Assembly: GCA_015233195.1 (NCBI GenBank)
Contig: JADFYE010000005.1
Coordinates: forward strand, 12,122 to 76,121
DNA from: Candidatus Omnitrophota bacterium
Lineage (GTDB): Bacteria > Omnitrophota > Gorgyraeia > Zapsychrales > Zapsychraceae
Length of the DNA: 64,000 bases
Reading direction: 5' to 3'
A program made the position numbers and the translations under genes. Below, piece by piece: positions 28,982 through 38,582 of the stretch; position 1 is the stretch's first letter; the number at the start of each line of letters is the position of its first letter. The notes beneath the pieces were generated by a model. That model was not told the DNA's origin. It saw only the letters and a list, made by a program, of their open reading frames with translations, and made no database searches.

Positions 28982-30613
28982 TTATAAATTAAATTTTATT
29001 AAAGATGGTTCATAATCCGCTGGCTTTTCAAAACCTAATAAATTCATTGTGGTCGCAGCAATATTGGCTAACCCCCGATGTGAAAGCTCAGCCATTACAT
29101 ATTCGCCATTACAATTTTTATCCACAATAAAAAATGGTACTGGATTCAAAGAATGAGCAGTACTTACTGTCTTAACCCCTTTTTTAACCGTAAACATTTC
29201 ATCCGCATTGCCATGGTCTGCAGTTACCAGTGTGATACCGTTCAAATCATTAACCACATCAACCAATTTTCCCACACATTCATCCACAGTGCTGACTGCA
29301 GTTATAATGGCTTCAGGTATTCCAGTATGTCCGACCATATCACCATTAGCAAAATTCAACCTGCCGAATTTATATTTACCAGAACGCAGCAATTCAGTGG
29401 TACGTGCAGTTATCTCATAGGCTTTCATTTTAGGAGCCTTATCAAATCGGACTTTATCTGACGGTATTTCTTCATAATATTCCATTTTTGGATTAATGTA
29501 TCCGGTTTTATTGCCGTTCCAAAAATAAGTAACATGCCCATATTTCTGGGTTTCAGAAATAGCAAATGAAGTTACTCCATTAGCGCACAAGTAATCTCCC
29601 AAAGTCCGTTCAATTACCGGAGGATTAACTAAATAATTATTCGGCAAATGCATATCTCCATCATATTGCATCATCCCTGCGAACAAAACCTGCGGCACCC
29701 GCTCTCGGTCAATTTTATCAAATGACGCATCGCCTTCAAAAGCCTGAGTTATCTCGATCGCGCGATCTCCTCTAAAATTAAAAAATACTACTGAATCTCC
29801 GTCGTTTATTGTCCCAATTGGTTTGCCGTCCTTAGCAATAACGAAAGCCGGCAAATATTGATCAGTTATCTTGGGATCCTCTTTATAATAAATTTGAACA
29901 GCTTCAGACGCTGAATTAAAATATCGACCTTTACCAAGCACATGCGCATCCCAGCCGCGTTTTACTATGCTCCAATCCGCGTTATAACGATCCATAGTAG
30001 TGACCATGCGTCCGCCGCCTGAAGCAATAGCATAATTAAAACCTTTTACATTTATTTCTTTTAAAACCATTTCCAACTGGTCTATATACTTACCCGCGCT
30101 TTTTTCATATACATCACGACCGTCTAAAAGCACATGCACTCTTACATTTTTTACGTCTTGCTTAGCGCATTCCTGTAACATTGCTAACAAATGATTAATA
30201 TGTGAATGAACATTCCCGTCTGAAAGTAATCCCATAAAATGAAACGTTTTATTTTCGCGAATTACATTAGAAGTGAGTTTCGCCCATATGTCAGTTTTAA
30301 AAATACTGCCATCATCTATGGAAACCTGCACCAGCTTTGCTCCTTGCGCGAATACTCGTCCAGCACCGAGCGCATTATGCCCAACCTCACTGTTACCCAT
30401 GTCTTCATCTGAAGGCATACCTACTGCTTTTCCATGCGCCTGAAGCTGGCAATATAATTTACTTTGCATATACTTATTCAACGTTTCCGGCTTAGCCATA
30501 AACACGCCGTCGCTCTCATCGTGTTTTCCAATACCCACCCCATCCATAACAATCAAAAGTAAAGGTCCAGGTCGACCGGAAAAATTTTGCAATTTATTCA
30601 GACTAAGATTCAT
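28982..30613 (-). CDS. gpmI: 2,3-bisphosphoglycerate-independent phosphoglycerate mutase
   Basis: MDGVG, MGNSEVGH, SDGNVHSH, DMVGHTG and TADHGN. Confidence 0.95.
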   Translation of the reverse strand: MNLSLNKLQNFSGRPGPLLLIVMDGVGIGKHDESDGVFMAKPETLNKYMQSKLYCQLQAHGKAVGMPSDEDMGNSEVGHNALGAGRVFAQGAKLVQVSIDDGSIFKTDIWAKLTSNVIRENKTFHFMGLLSDGNVHSHINHLLAMLQECAKQDVKNVRVHVLLDGRDVYEKSAGKYIDQLEMVLKEINVKGFNYAIASGGGRMVTTMDRYNADWSIVKRGWDAHVLGKGRYFNSASEAVQIYYKEDPKITDQYLPAFVIAKDGKPIGTINDGDSVVFFNFRGDRAIEITQAFEGDASFDKIDRERVPQVLFAGMMQYDGDMHLPNNYLVNPPVIERTLGDYLCANGVTSFAISETQKYGHVTYFWNGNKTGYINPKMEYYEEIPSDKVRFDKAPKMKAYEITARTTELLRSGKYKFGRLNFANGDMVGHTGIPEAIITAVSTVDECVGKLVDVVNDLNGITLVTADHGNADEMFTVKKGVKTVSTAHSLNPVPFFIVDKNCNGEYVMAELSHRGLANIAATTMNLLGFEKPADYEPSLIKFNL

Positions 30614-30750
30614 TTATATCTCCTTATAAAATTCTATAACAACAAAATACCTATACATTTTACATTAAAACCTACCATTTTAAAAAAATAATTTAAATAT
30701 AGGCGGGAATACAACACAAGAGTTTTTGAATATATGCAAACTTTAATAAA

Positions 30751-30939
30751 CTATTTTTTCTTTTTAGGTGAATAATGGTAATTCATCCAATCACTTGAGA
30801 ATTTCTCCAACCAATCTGCTGCAGCTGAATCAAATCCGATATCCCGTCCAGCCTTCTCGCTTTCTATCCACAGATGCCGATTGATCTCCTCGACCACTTG
30901 GCGGTCTTTCAATAAATCAGTTTTATCTTTAGTATTCAT
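30751..30939 (-). CDS. Small hypothetical protein (DUF4032-like)
   Basis: EINRHLWIESEKAGRDIG...DW motif; GGAGG RBS and a strong upstream promoter. Confidence 0.7.
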   Translation of the reverse strand: MNTKDKTDLLKDRQVVEEINRHLWIESEKAGRDIGFDSAAADWLEKFSSDWMNYHYSPKKKK

Positions 30940-30961
30940 GCGGTCATATCCTCCGTAAATA

Positions 30962-30990
30962 ATAGTAAAACTGACTTAACCTGTTGTCAA
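30962..30990 (-). promoter_or_regulatory. sigma70 promoter
   Basis: TTGACA-N17-TACTAT. Confidence 0.65.
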
Positions 30991-31007
30991 TAAAATAGTT
31001 AAAATAT

Positions 31008-31361
31008 TCACTTTTTATATTCAGTATATTTTTTGATTGAACCTTTAACCAATTTAACTGGATATCTTTTCTCCGTCTTTTTTAATTTATTCAAAATTAT
31101 CTTCTCAAAATCAATCCCGTACAAATTGCAAAAATCTAATAAATATATCGCGATATCCGCCAGCTCATCTTCAATCTCCACACGTTTAGTTTTATCTTTT
31201 AAAAGTTTTTTCGCCTGATCCACAGTATCCAACCATTGAAAATGCTCCATCAACTCTGCGGCTTCAATAGCAATAGACATACTTAAATTTTTAGGCGAGT
31301 GAAACTTTTCCCAGCATCTTTCTTTTACAAATCTTCTTATTTCCATTTTTATATTTTTCAT
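31008..31361 (-). CDS. MazG-like nucleotide pyrophosphohydrolase
   Basis: R.W.KFHSPKNL..SIAIEAAELMEHFQW...DELADI. Confidence 0.88.
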   Translation of the reverse strand: MKNIKMEIRRFVKERCWEKFHSPKNLSMSIAIEAAELMEHFQWLDTVDQAKKLLKDKTKRVEIEDELADIAIYLLDFCNLYGIDFEKIILNKLKKTEKRYPVKLVKGSIKKYTEYKK

Positions 31362-31434
31362 CACTAATCCATCCCAATACTCAAAAAATTATATTTTCTT
31401 TCTTAAACCCGAATTGTCCATTGAAAAATGCAGG

Positions 31435-32472
31435 TTAAACTAAAATTAGTTCACCTTGATCAACCACAGAATCAACTTTTAAAAGACATACAATATCTTT
31501 CTTTATCTGCTTTGCTATAGCAAGCGCAAAATTAACTGGCACTGCATTTCCAACCATTTTATATCCATCCGCCAAACCTTTATATTTGAAAATAAAGCTA
31601 TCCGGAAAAGTTTGGACTCTAGCGCATTCTCTTATGGACAGCCGCCTATACAATTTTTCTTTTCCAGGCACAAAAATACGCTTATCTTGTTCCACAAAAA
31701 GCATCTTAGGTGCCTGCGGATGAATAGGCGCATGCCGCCCCCCTGCTTGAATAGTATACGAAGGCTCATCCCAACCCCTGACCCGATTCCTCGACATAAA
31801 AATTGTTGAAAAACTTCCAGTCATATATTCATGATTAGGAACTTTTAAAAAATTTTCCTTGGTCCTATTAAATTCAGCTGCTGGAACAGCGGAATCTTTT
31901 AAATCCCAAATTGCATCCCTCAAATTAAGCGGAGCTTTAGGCGAAGGGAATTGATACGATATTCCCAAATCTTTTCGATAACCTACAAAAATAACTCTCC
32001 AACGCTCCTGCGGAACATCATAGTAATTTACATTAAGCAGGTCATACTTGACATTATAACCCGCATCACTAAATTGCTCTAAAATACTATTAAAAGCTTT
32101 GCCATGTTTTTGATGTAACATGCCTGAAACATTTTCAGCTAAAAAAAACAATGGTTTCTTATCCCGAAGAATTCTGATATATTCCCAAAAGACTTTACCT
32201 CTTTTATCATTTATACCTCTACCCGCTCCTGCTTCACTCCAACTTTGGCACGGTGGTCCGCCGATAATGCCATCAGTATCTGGTATAGCCGAAGATGGAA
32301 CATCTAAAATACTCCGCTGGTCCAACTCTACTCTTGGGAAATTATATTTAAATGTTTCCCAAATTGTTGGATCATATTCATTCGCCCATTTAATTAAAAA
32401 ACCGGCTTTTTCAAATCCCAAGTCTAGCCCACCTGCGCCAGCGAATAAAGATACAACCTGCAACTTCTTCAT
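31435..32472 (-). CDS. C5 cytosine DNA methyltransferase (HaeIII/NgoPII-like, probably GGCC)
   Basis: SLFAGAGG, GGPPCQSWS, ENV, PQ.R.R and GNAVP; TRD segment FSTIFMSRNRVR.W.EP..TIQAGGR recalled as HaeIII-type. Confidence 0.9.
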   Translation of the reverse strand: MKKLQVVSLFAGAGGLDLGFEKAGFLIKWANEYDPTIWETFKYNFPRVELDQRSILDVPSSAIPDTDGIIGGPPCQSWSEAGAGRGINDKRGKVFWEYIRILRDKKPLFFLAENVSGMLHQKHGKAFNSILEQFSDAGYNVKYDLLNVNYYDVPQERWRVIFVGYRKDLGISYQFPSPKAPLNLRDAIWDLKDSAVPAAEFNRTKENFLKVPNHEYMTGSFSTIFMSRNRVRGWDEPSYTIQAGGRHAPIHPQAPKMLFVEQDKRIFVPGKEKLYRRLSIRECARVQTFPDSFIFKYKGLADGYKMVGNAVPVNFALAIAKQIKKDIVCLLKVDSVVDQGELILV

Positions 32473-32490
32473 TTTTTAATCCTTATAAAG

Positions 32491-33351
32491 TTAATTCATT
32501 ACAAATTTTACTAATTTCGCATCAATAAATTTAGCCGGATTATCTGGATTCTTAATCTTAACATCTGCTATAGAAAAAATATCTCTTCCAGCTTTTTCGA
32601 ATTCATCACGATCAACTTTTGGAAAACTTTGATATTTAGAATTTCTCATCAATGCAAATAAAGTGAATTTATTATTCTTATTACATTCGGTTATATAATC
32701 AAAAACTTTAACCGGATTTTCTATAGCCCACATACCTCTAATACGAAGGTTTGTTATCCCCATGGGATCAACTTGGTTTACCCTACCTAATTCTTTAGTT
32801 TCCGATAATTCTACATCATTTATATCCTTAACGCCTTCTACAATTTTATTTTTAATTCGTTCATAAACCTTATTGTTTGCCGCATAACAATCGCCATAAA
32901 TCATCCACAGCGTCTTGAGTTTAGTTTTATCTGACGCATCCAATACACCTATTGAATAAATAATATCCTTAATATCCCATTTTTCACATTTTTTACATGC
33001 CAGGGTAAGCATGTCACTATCAGAGTAAAGTTTCGACTTTGGATACGAGCTATTAAGCGCAATCTCATTTTTTAATCCTTCAATTTTTTTTACTTCAACC
33101 GCGTCCCCACCTGAAACAATAAAATCAGGCGGATTATTTTGATTACCAATATACGACAAAAATTCTCCATAAATTTTATCTTTGTTATTAATGGATGACA
33201 CATTTAGTGAATTGCAAAAAATATCTTTTAAAAAATATTCCAAAGCAATCCCCATACTATTAATTCTATTAGAACTAGAATAAACCTGCATTAAATCATT
33301 TCTATTAAAAGTCACAAGATTTAAAATGGCTTTTAGTATATTGGTTGACAT
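32491..33351 (-). CDS. Type II restriction endonuclease, NgoPII family
   Basis: NR.NSMG.ALE, SY.GNQNNPPD..GGDAVEVKK, LNSSYPK and VDP.GIT.LRIRGMW; adjacent to the MTase; start MSTNIL (AGGAG RBS). Confidence 0.85.
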   Translation of the reverse strand: MSTNILKAILNLVTFNRNDLMQVYSSSNRINSMGIALEYFLKDIFCNSLNVSSINNKDKIYGEFLSYIGNQNNPPDFIVSGGDAVEVKKIEGLKNEIALNSSYPKSKLYSDSDMLTLACKKCEKWDIKDIIYSIGVLDASDKTKLKTLWMIYGDCYAANNKVYERIKNKIVEGVKDINDVELSETKELGRVNQVDPMGITNLRIRGMWAIENPVKVFDYITECNKNNKFTLFALMRNSKYQSFPKVDRDEFEKAGRDIFSIADVKIKNPDNPAKFIDAKLVKFVMN

Positions 33352-33508
33352 CTTAAATCTCCTGGAAATTCTTATATTTTTATATTTAATAACCAAAAAA
33401 ACCATTTAAACAATATTTACATTATCTACAATTGATATTATATTGCCAATCACAAAAATTTATATCGAAAATTTAATTACTACGATATCATTAACTGGCA
33501 AAATCAAA

Positions 33509-34273
33509 TTATTTCTTTTCAGGCAAACAACCCCAGCTTTCATCCTCCAGTATTGCATTTATTGCCGCAATACTAGCCTGAAAAAATGACTGTCCTTCTC
33601 TGATTTCGCCGCGAAAAGCTTCACCGGTAAATTTTGATAACTGTGATAAAAGTGCTTTGCGTTCAGTTGCAGTTATTCCTAACGCATATAATGAACCAAA
33701 TTTATCTAGCTTATTGCTAATTAAAACTTTACTCGCCAATACTGAAGCTCCTAATATTTGCGATAATCCGTCTCTACGCTGAGCAGCTAACTGCGACATT
33801 TTCAACATGAAATCAGCAGGGTCGATATCCGCTTTTTTCTTTTTCTGTATTTCCGCCTGATAGATCTTATCCACCAATAAACGCTCTTGATTATTATTCT
33901 CAATTAAAACATCGCAAGCTTTCTTAAAATCATATACAATTTTTAATATCAGCCCATTTTCACTTTTTTCATACCGAGCCAGATAATTTCGTGCCACCCG
34001 CAAATTAGCATTGGCGTTTATTAACGCATCCAAATATGTTTTTACTTTCTCAGGTTTTGCAGTCAAAAGATTTAATTCCACAAACTGCTTATTCAATTTT
34101 TCATTTAATTCAAAATATGATAAGGTATCAATATATCGACGCATAAAATCATATTTTTTACCGTCAGGATTATTTTTAGCAAACTCATTAACATCTCCGG
34201 TAAAATCAACTACAGCCCCGCCTATACTCACTGATAAGAAAAAAATAACAATTAAAGAAAAAAACTTTTTCAT
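33509..34273 (-). CDS. Hypothetical exported helical protein
   Basis: N-terminal signal peptide; no recognised motif. Confidence 0.6.
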   Translation of the reverse strand: MKKFFSLIVIFFLSVSIGGAVVDFTGDVNEFAKNNPDGKKYDFMRRYIDTLSYFELNEKLNKQFVELNLLTAKPEKVKTYLDALINANANLRVARNYLARYEKSENGLILKIVYDFKKACDVLIENNNQERLLVDKIYQAEIQKKKKADIDPADFMLKMSQLAAQRRDGLSQILGASVLASKVLISNKLDKFGSLYALGITATERKALLSQLSKFTGEAFRGEIREGQSFFQASIAAINAILEDESWGCLPEKK

Positions 34274-34274
34274 A

Positions 34275-35894
34275 TTATTCTCCTATATTTTTTTGGGCGC
34301 CAAACATCGACTTAGGCAATTCATACTTTTTTATCAAATCCTGATTAACCCAATTCCGCTTTAATAAAATTAGCGTATACCCGTCTACAAATACCGGCGC
34401 CCATTGCGGATCATTAATGCGTTTAATCAAAAATGGCTGTCCCCAAGGCGTAAGATCATGTCTATAAAAAAATATTACATTAAAATGATATTTTGAATCT
34501 ATTTCGCGCCATTTATTTTCATCTTCCTGCATCGGCACGAATAGATCCTGAAAAAATTCTACACTGTATGCTTCAGGTCGGTTATCCACGAACACCCGCT
34601 CCGGAAATAAATGATATATCAAATATCCACCTATGTCATAATTGTTAAATATTGGACCTTGCAACCGGTTATTTTTAAAAAAGTCTGCTGCCAGATCAGC
34701 GCCTGGAACAGTGCCAGGTAAAATACCAAATTTAGCAATAACTTTAGGAAACCACCAACCCTGAACTGATTCTGGAACCAAAACACTTAAAAAACTACGA
34801 TTATACGGCGAATAAATTGTCTCTCGAGTTATTGAACCAACTGCTAGACCAGTTACACCTAAAACAGCCATGAAAGTCAAAACTACTCGGATAATTTTCA
34901 TTTTTTGGCATAAAAGCCAGTCATAGGTAATAGCACTTAATATTGGAATGGCTATCAATCCCCAAACATGTATACCCCGTATCATTTTCCACGCAATTAG
35001 AGAGAAAAATAAAAATATAACAAATAACGCAATATACTTTTTAAAAAATTTTGAAATTACAGATAAGAGCCATATAAAAACTGCTATCCCAAATACGATC
35101 TCAAAATATAGATAAGTTCCGATTTGCGGAAAACGTTTTTGCATAAACAACACTGTTTGATTCTCGACCAGCATATATCCATATTCACGAAAAATATTAA
35201 ATGGTTCAATTGCGCCTTTAAGACCATATGGATTAATCAAACAAGCAAACATAACTGCCAACAATAAATATATATGGGCAGGTGCTCCTCGCCAATCCCG
35301 ATCAATAAATTTATTAATTAAAAAAGCGCCAACTAATACTGGTCCAAAAATAAAATAAATATGAAAATTAACCCACAGCACTTGCAGCAACACTATGATC
35401 CATATCCAGCCGGATGGTAATTTCTTTTTATAGTCAAACCACAACAGCGAGAACATAATAGTTAAAAATAAAAAACTAAACCCTTCTGGACGGATTTCAA
35501 GACGAGTAACTATTAATGGCATGCATAAAACCGAATAGAATAAAACTACCCAAAAATTTGAAAAACGTACTGCAGAAAAAAATACAATTCCAAACGCTAA
35601 CAATAATATCATCATATAAAATAATGATAAACCATAAAACCCTGCGCACTTCCACATCAAATAAAATACTGCACCTGACGCCCAATGATGATTAATCGCG
35701 CTATATTGAGGTTCAGTATAAGAATAAAAATTGGTGGAAACCAACTTATGCTGAGTAAATAATATCTCACCATTTTTTATATGCCGTCCCAAGTCTGCAG
35801 TATGCAGTTGAATCCTAGGACAATAAAATACCGCTAACAAAAGCGTTAGCCAGATAAATAAAATGCACTTTATCCACCCAAAACTTTTAAACAC
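34275..35894 (-). CDS. Polytopic membrane protein (GT-C-like glycosyltransferase candidate)
   Basis: DLGRHIKNG, HHW, RPE, WVNFH, INPYG, YDIGGYLI and FVDNR.E.Y pattern; about 12 TM helices. Confidence 0.6.
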   Translation of the reverse strand: MFKSFGWIKCILFIWLTLLLAVFYCPRIQLHTADLGRHIKNGEILFTQHKLVSTNFYSYTEPQYSAINHHWASGAVFYLMWKCAGFYGLSLFYMMILLLAFGIVFFSAVRFSNFWVVLFYSVLCMPLIVTRLEIRPEGFSFLFLTIMFSLLWFDYKKKLPSGWIWIIVLLQVLWVNFHIYFIFGPVLVGAFLINKFIDRDWRGAPAHIYLLLAVMFACLINPYGLKGAIEPFNIFREYGYMLVENQTVLFMQKRFPQIGTYLYFEIVFGIAVFIWLLSVISKFFKKYIALFVIFLFFSLIAWKMIRGIHVWGLIAIPILSAITYDWLLCQKMKIIRVVLTFMAVLGVTGLAVGSITRETIYSPYNRSFLSVLVPESVQGWWFPKVIAKFGILPGTVPGADLAADFFKNNRLQGPIFNNYDIGGYLIYHLFPERVFVDNRPEAYSVEFFQDLFVPMQEDENKWREIDSKYHFNVIFFYRHDLTPWGQPFLIKRINDPQWAPVFVDGYTLILLKRNWVNQDLIKKYELPKSMFGAQKNIGE

Positions 35895-35912
35895 TTTTCA
35901 CCTAAAAAATAA

Positions 35913-36920
35913 TTAAGCTTTGCCTGCAGAACCCAGAACATTAACATTCTTAGATTTATACATTTGGACTAAAGCAGTCCGAGCTGGTCCCAAATATTTC
36001 CGAGGATCGAACTCTGCCGGATTCTCTGCAAAATATTTACGGATAGCAGCAGTCATAGCCAGACGACCGTCAGAATCAATATTTACTTTACATACTGCTG
36101 AAGTTGCTGCTCTGCGCAATTGTTCTTCCGGTATACCAATAGTATCTTTCATTTTTCCACCGAATTGATTAATAATCTTAACATCTTCGACAGATACTGA
36201 TGAAGACCCGTGTAAAACAATTGGAAAACCTGGTATACGCTTTTCAATTTGCTCAAGAATATCAAAACGTAAAGGCGGCGGAATCAAAACCCCGTCGGCA
36301 TTACGAGTACATTGCTCCGGCTTAAATTTATTAGCGCCATGCGATGTCCCGATCGAAATTGCCAATGAATCAACTCCGGTTTTCTTAACAAAATCTTCAA
36401 CTTCTTCCGGATGAGTATAAGTTGAATGCGCGGCGGAAACCTCATCTTCAATGCCAGCTAAAACTCCTAATTCACCTTCTACCGTAACATCAAACTGATG
36501 AGCATATTCAACAACTTTTTTTGTCAACGCCACGTTATCTTCATATGAATGATGTGAACCATCGATCATAACCGACGAGAAACCGGTCTCAATACATGAT
36601 TTGCATAATTCAAAAGTATCACCATGGTCTAAATGCAGCGCAATTGGGATCTCTTTTAAATTTTTTTCTTTTGCCATACGTCGCATCATTTCAACTGCAC
36701 CTTGACCCATAAATTGAAGCATGGTCTGATCCGCGTATTTACGCGCTCCACTTGAAACCTGTAAAATTACCGGAGATTGCGATTCAACACAAGCAGTAAT
36801 TATCGCCTGCAATTGTTCCATATTATTAAAATTATATGCCGGAACAGCATATTTACCTGCCATAGCTTTTTGAAACATTTCCCGAGTATTTACTAACCCT
36901 AATTGCTTGTATGAAACCAT
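35913..36920 (-). CDS. fba: Fructose-bisphosphate aldolase class II
   Basis: LHLDHG, SSVMIDGS, EGELG, IGTSHG, VLHGSS and KVNIDSD. Confidence 0.95.
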   Translation of the reverse strand: MVSYKQLGLVNTREMFQKAMAGKYAVPAYNFNNMEQLQAIITACVESQSPVILQVSSGARKYADQTMLQFMGQGAVEMMRRMAKEKNLKEIPIALHLDHGDTFELCKSCIETGFSSVMIDGSHHSYEDNVALTKKVVEYAHQFDVTVEGELGVLAGIEDEVSAAHSTYTHPEEVEDFVKKTGVDSLAISIGTSHGANKFKPEQCTRNADGVLIPPPLRFDILEQIEKRIPGFPIVLHGSSSVSVEDVKIINQFGGKMKDTIGIPEEQLRRAATSAVCKVNIDSDGRLAMTAAIRKYFAENPAEFDPRKYLGPARTALVQMYKSKNVNVLGSAGKA

Positions 36921-36964
36921 ATCAACCCCTTTTCTATATAATTATTAAAATTTCGCTTTAACCT

Positions 36965-37525
36965 TTAACCCGTTACCTTTGACCTATTATTGCCGCTATT
37001 ATATTTGTTTAAAAAATAAAGTCCAGTATAAATTCGAGGACCAACCAATCTTCCCGCCTTACGTTTTTTAGCCAACCATTCTTCAGCTTGATCCAACGGA
37101 ACTTCAAAATGTTCAATAACTTCACCATCAACTCCTCCGCCAACTCCAACTTTTTTCAAACCTATAGCCTGAACCATTACTACCATATCTGAACTTATCC
37201 CACACGAAGCTGGACCATCTAAAACTTTTATAATTTTTTTAGCGGTATACCCGGTTTCTTCTAATAACTCTCGGCGTGCCGCAGCAATAAAACTTTCTTT
37301 TTTACCAAACTTACTATCGCCTATAAGACCTGCAGGAAATTCAATTACTTTTTTCTGTACTGGAGGTCTAAACTGTTCAATAAAAATCACCTTATTCTCA
37401 TCAGTCATAGCTAAAATAATAACTGCCCCAGAGGAATGGGGACGTTCAACATATTCCCACTCACCAACACACACAAAATGAAGATGCTTTCCTTTATGAA
37501 TTGTAATTTTTTTATGCTTTGTCAT
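36965..37525 (-). CDS. NUDIX hydrolase (ADP-ribose pyrophosphatase-like)
   Basis: QFRPP, EFPAGL and AARRELLEETG Nudix box. Confidence 0.88.
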   Translation of the reverse strand: MTKHKKITIHKGKHLHFVCVGEWEYVERPHSSGAVIILAMTDENKVIFIEQFRPPVQKKVIEFPAGLIGDSKFGKKESFIAAARRELLEETGYTAKKIIKVLDGPASCGISSDMVVMVQAIGLKKVGVGGGVDGEVIEHFEVPLDQAEEWLAKKRKAGRLVGPRIYTGLYFLNKYNSGNNRSKVTG

Positions 37526-37538
37526 TATTTAACCTTAT

Positions 37539-37567
37539 AAAAAAGGCACATCAAACGATGCGCCTTA
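37539..37567 (-). terminator. Intrinsic terminator
   Basis: Minus strand AAGGCGCATC-GTTT-GATGTGCCTT followed by a T-run. Confidence 0.65.
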
Positions 37568-37588
37568 TTTACATTACCCAATATAAAA

Positions 37589-38251
37589 TTATTTAGCTGG
37601 AGCTGCAGCTTCAGGCTGAACTGCAGGCTTTACTTCAGGCACAACCGCAGGTGGCACTACAGGCGCGGGAGTTTGATTAGTAGTTGAAGTTTTAACACTA
37701 CTCAAAACTCCGCTATTTAAAAGCTGATCCATCTTTTTTCCCTTCCAAGAGCGCAGAGTACATACATTCTCAAATGTTAGCTTTAATTCCGCGTAATGAT
37801 AATACGACATTTCACCGTCGCCTGAAGATTCTTCGATTAAAGTTGGAGTTTTATAATCTTTATACAAACGTTCAATCGGATATTCAACACCAATTATCTG
37901 ACCACCTTCAAGATTAGTCCGAAGTTTATTAACATCCTTACTCCAGCCAGATGGTTGTGAAAAATCATATTCCCATTTACGAAAAAGTACTTGCTTATCA
38001 AACTCTAAAATTAAATCAGTATATTCAAAAGTCACCTTTTTCTTAGAATCAGTTATAATCGCAGGTTCCCCGTAACGCGACCTAATATCTTTTAACCTTG
38101 AAATATCAACCTTTAGATTTTCATCCAACAAATCTCTCTTCAGTTGCAATATATCTTCATTAGTAGCGATACGTTTATCCATCGCTAAAGCTAAATTAGA
38201 AAAAAAAGTGATCCCAATAAAAAACGCTATCCAAATTTTAACAGATCTCAT
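37589..38251 (-). CDS. Hypothetical exported protein with an internal duplication and Pro/Ala-rich tail
   Basis: Signal peptide (ALA); two similar ~60-aa units. Confidence 0.65.
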   Translation of the reverse strand: MRSVKIWIAFFIGITFFSNLALAMDKRIATNEDILQLKRDLLDENLKVDISRLKDIRSRYGEPAIITDSKKKVTFEYTDLILEFDKQVLFRKWEYDFSQPSGWSKDVNKLRTNLEGGQIIGVEYPIERLYKDYKTPTLIEESSGDGEMSYYHYAELKLTFENVCTLRSWKGKKMDQLLNSGVLSSVKTSTTNQTPAPVVPPAVVPEVKPAVQPEAAAPAK

Positions 38252-38253
38252 AA

Positions 38254-38460
38254 TTACCGCCCTTTCGGTTTATTAATATCCGCATACAAAAACTCAATAT
38301 CATCATTTTGCTGTCGAGAAGCGTAAGAACTGCGAATTTTTAGATCTTTATTTTTATCAACTCTAAAAAATGATTTAACGAAAAAAACCGGAGCAAACAA
38401 ACCAAAAACAAAAGCTGTCAACAAAAACCATGACAGATTAATTTTTTTCTTCTTCTGCAT
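38254..38460 (-). CDS. Small membrane hypothetical protein
   Basis: GGGGGAG RBS; one TM segment; abuts the downstream gene. Confidence 0.5.
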   Translation of the reverse strand: MQKKKKINLSWFLLTAFVFGLFAPVFFVKSFFRVDKNKDLKIRSSYASRQQNDDIEFLYADINKPKGR

Positions 38461-38582
38461 TTCTCCCCCCAGATCAATTCAGAAATTTTTATGATAATTT
38501 ATGCATCCCTGTATAAATATATTTTAACATAACAAACCTAAGCCCCAATAAAAATATAAAAAATAATAACTCTGCTTCCAAA

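Noticed and set aside
33433-33506. Weak nested inverted repeats upstream of the restriction gene
   Set aside because: The short 6-bp arms in AT-rich sequence are compatible with chance
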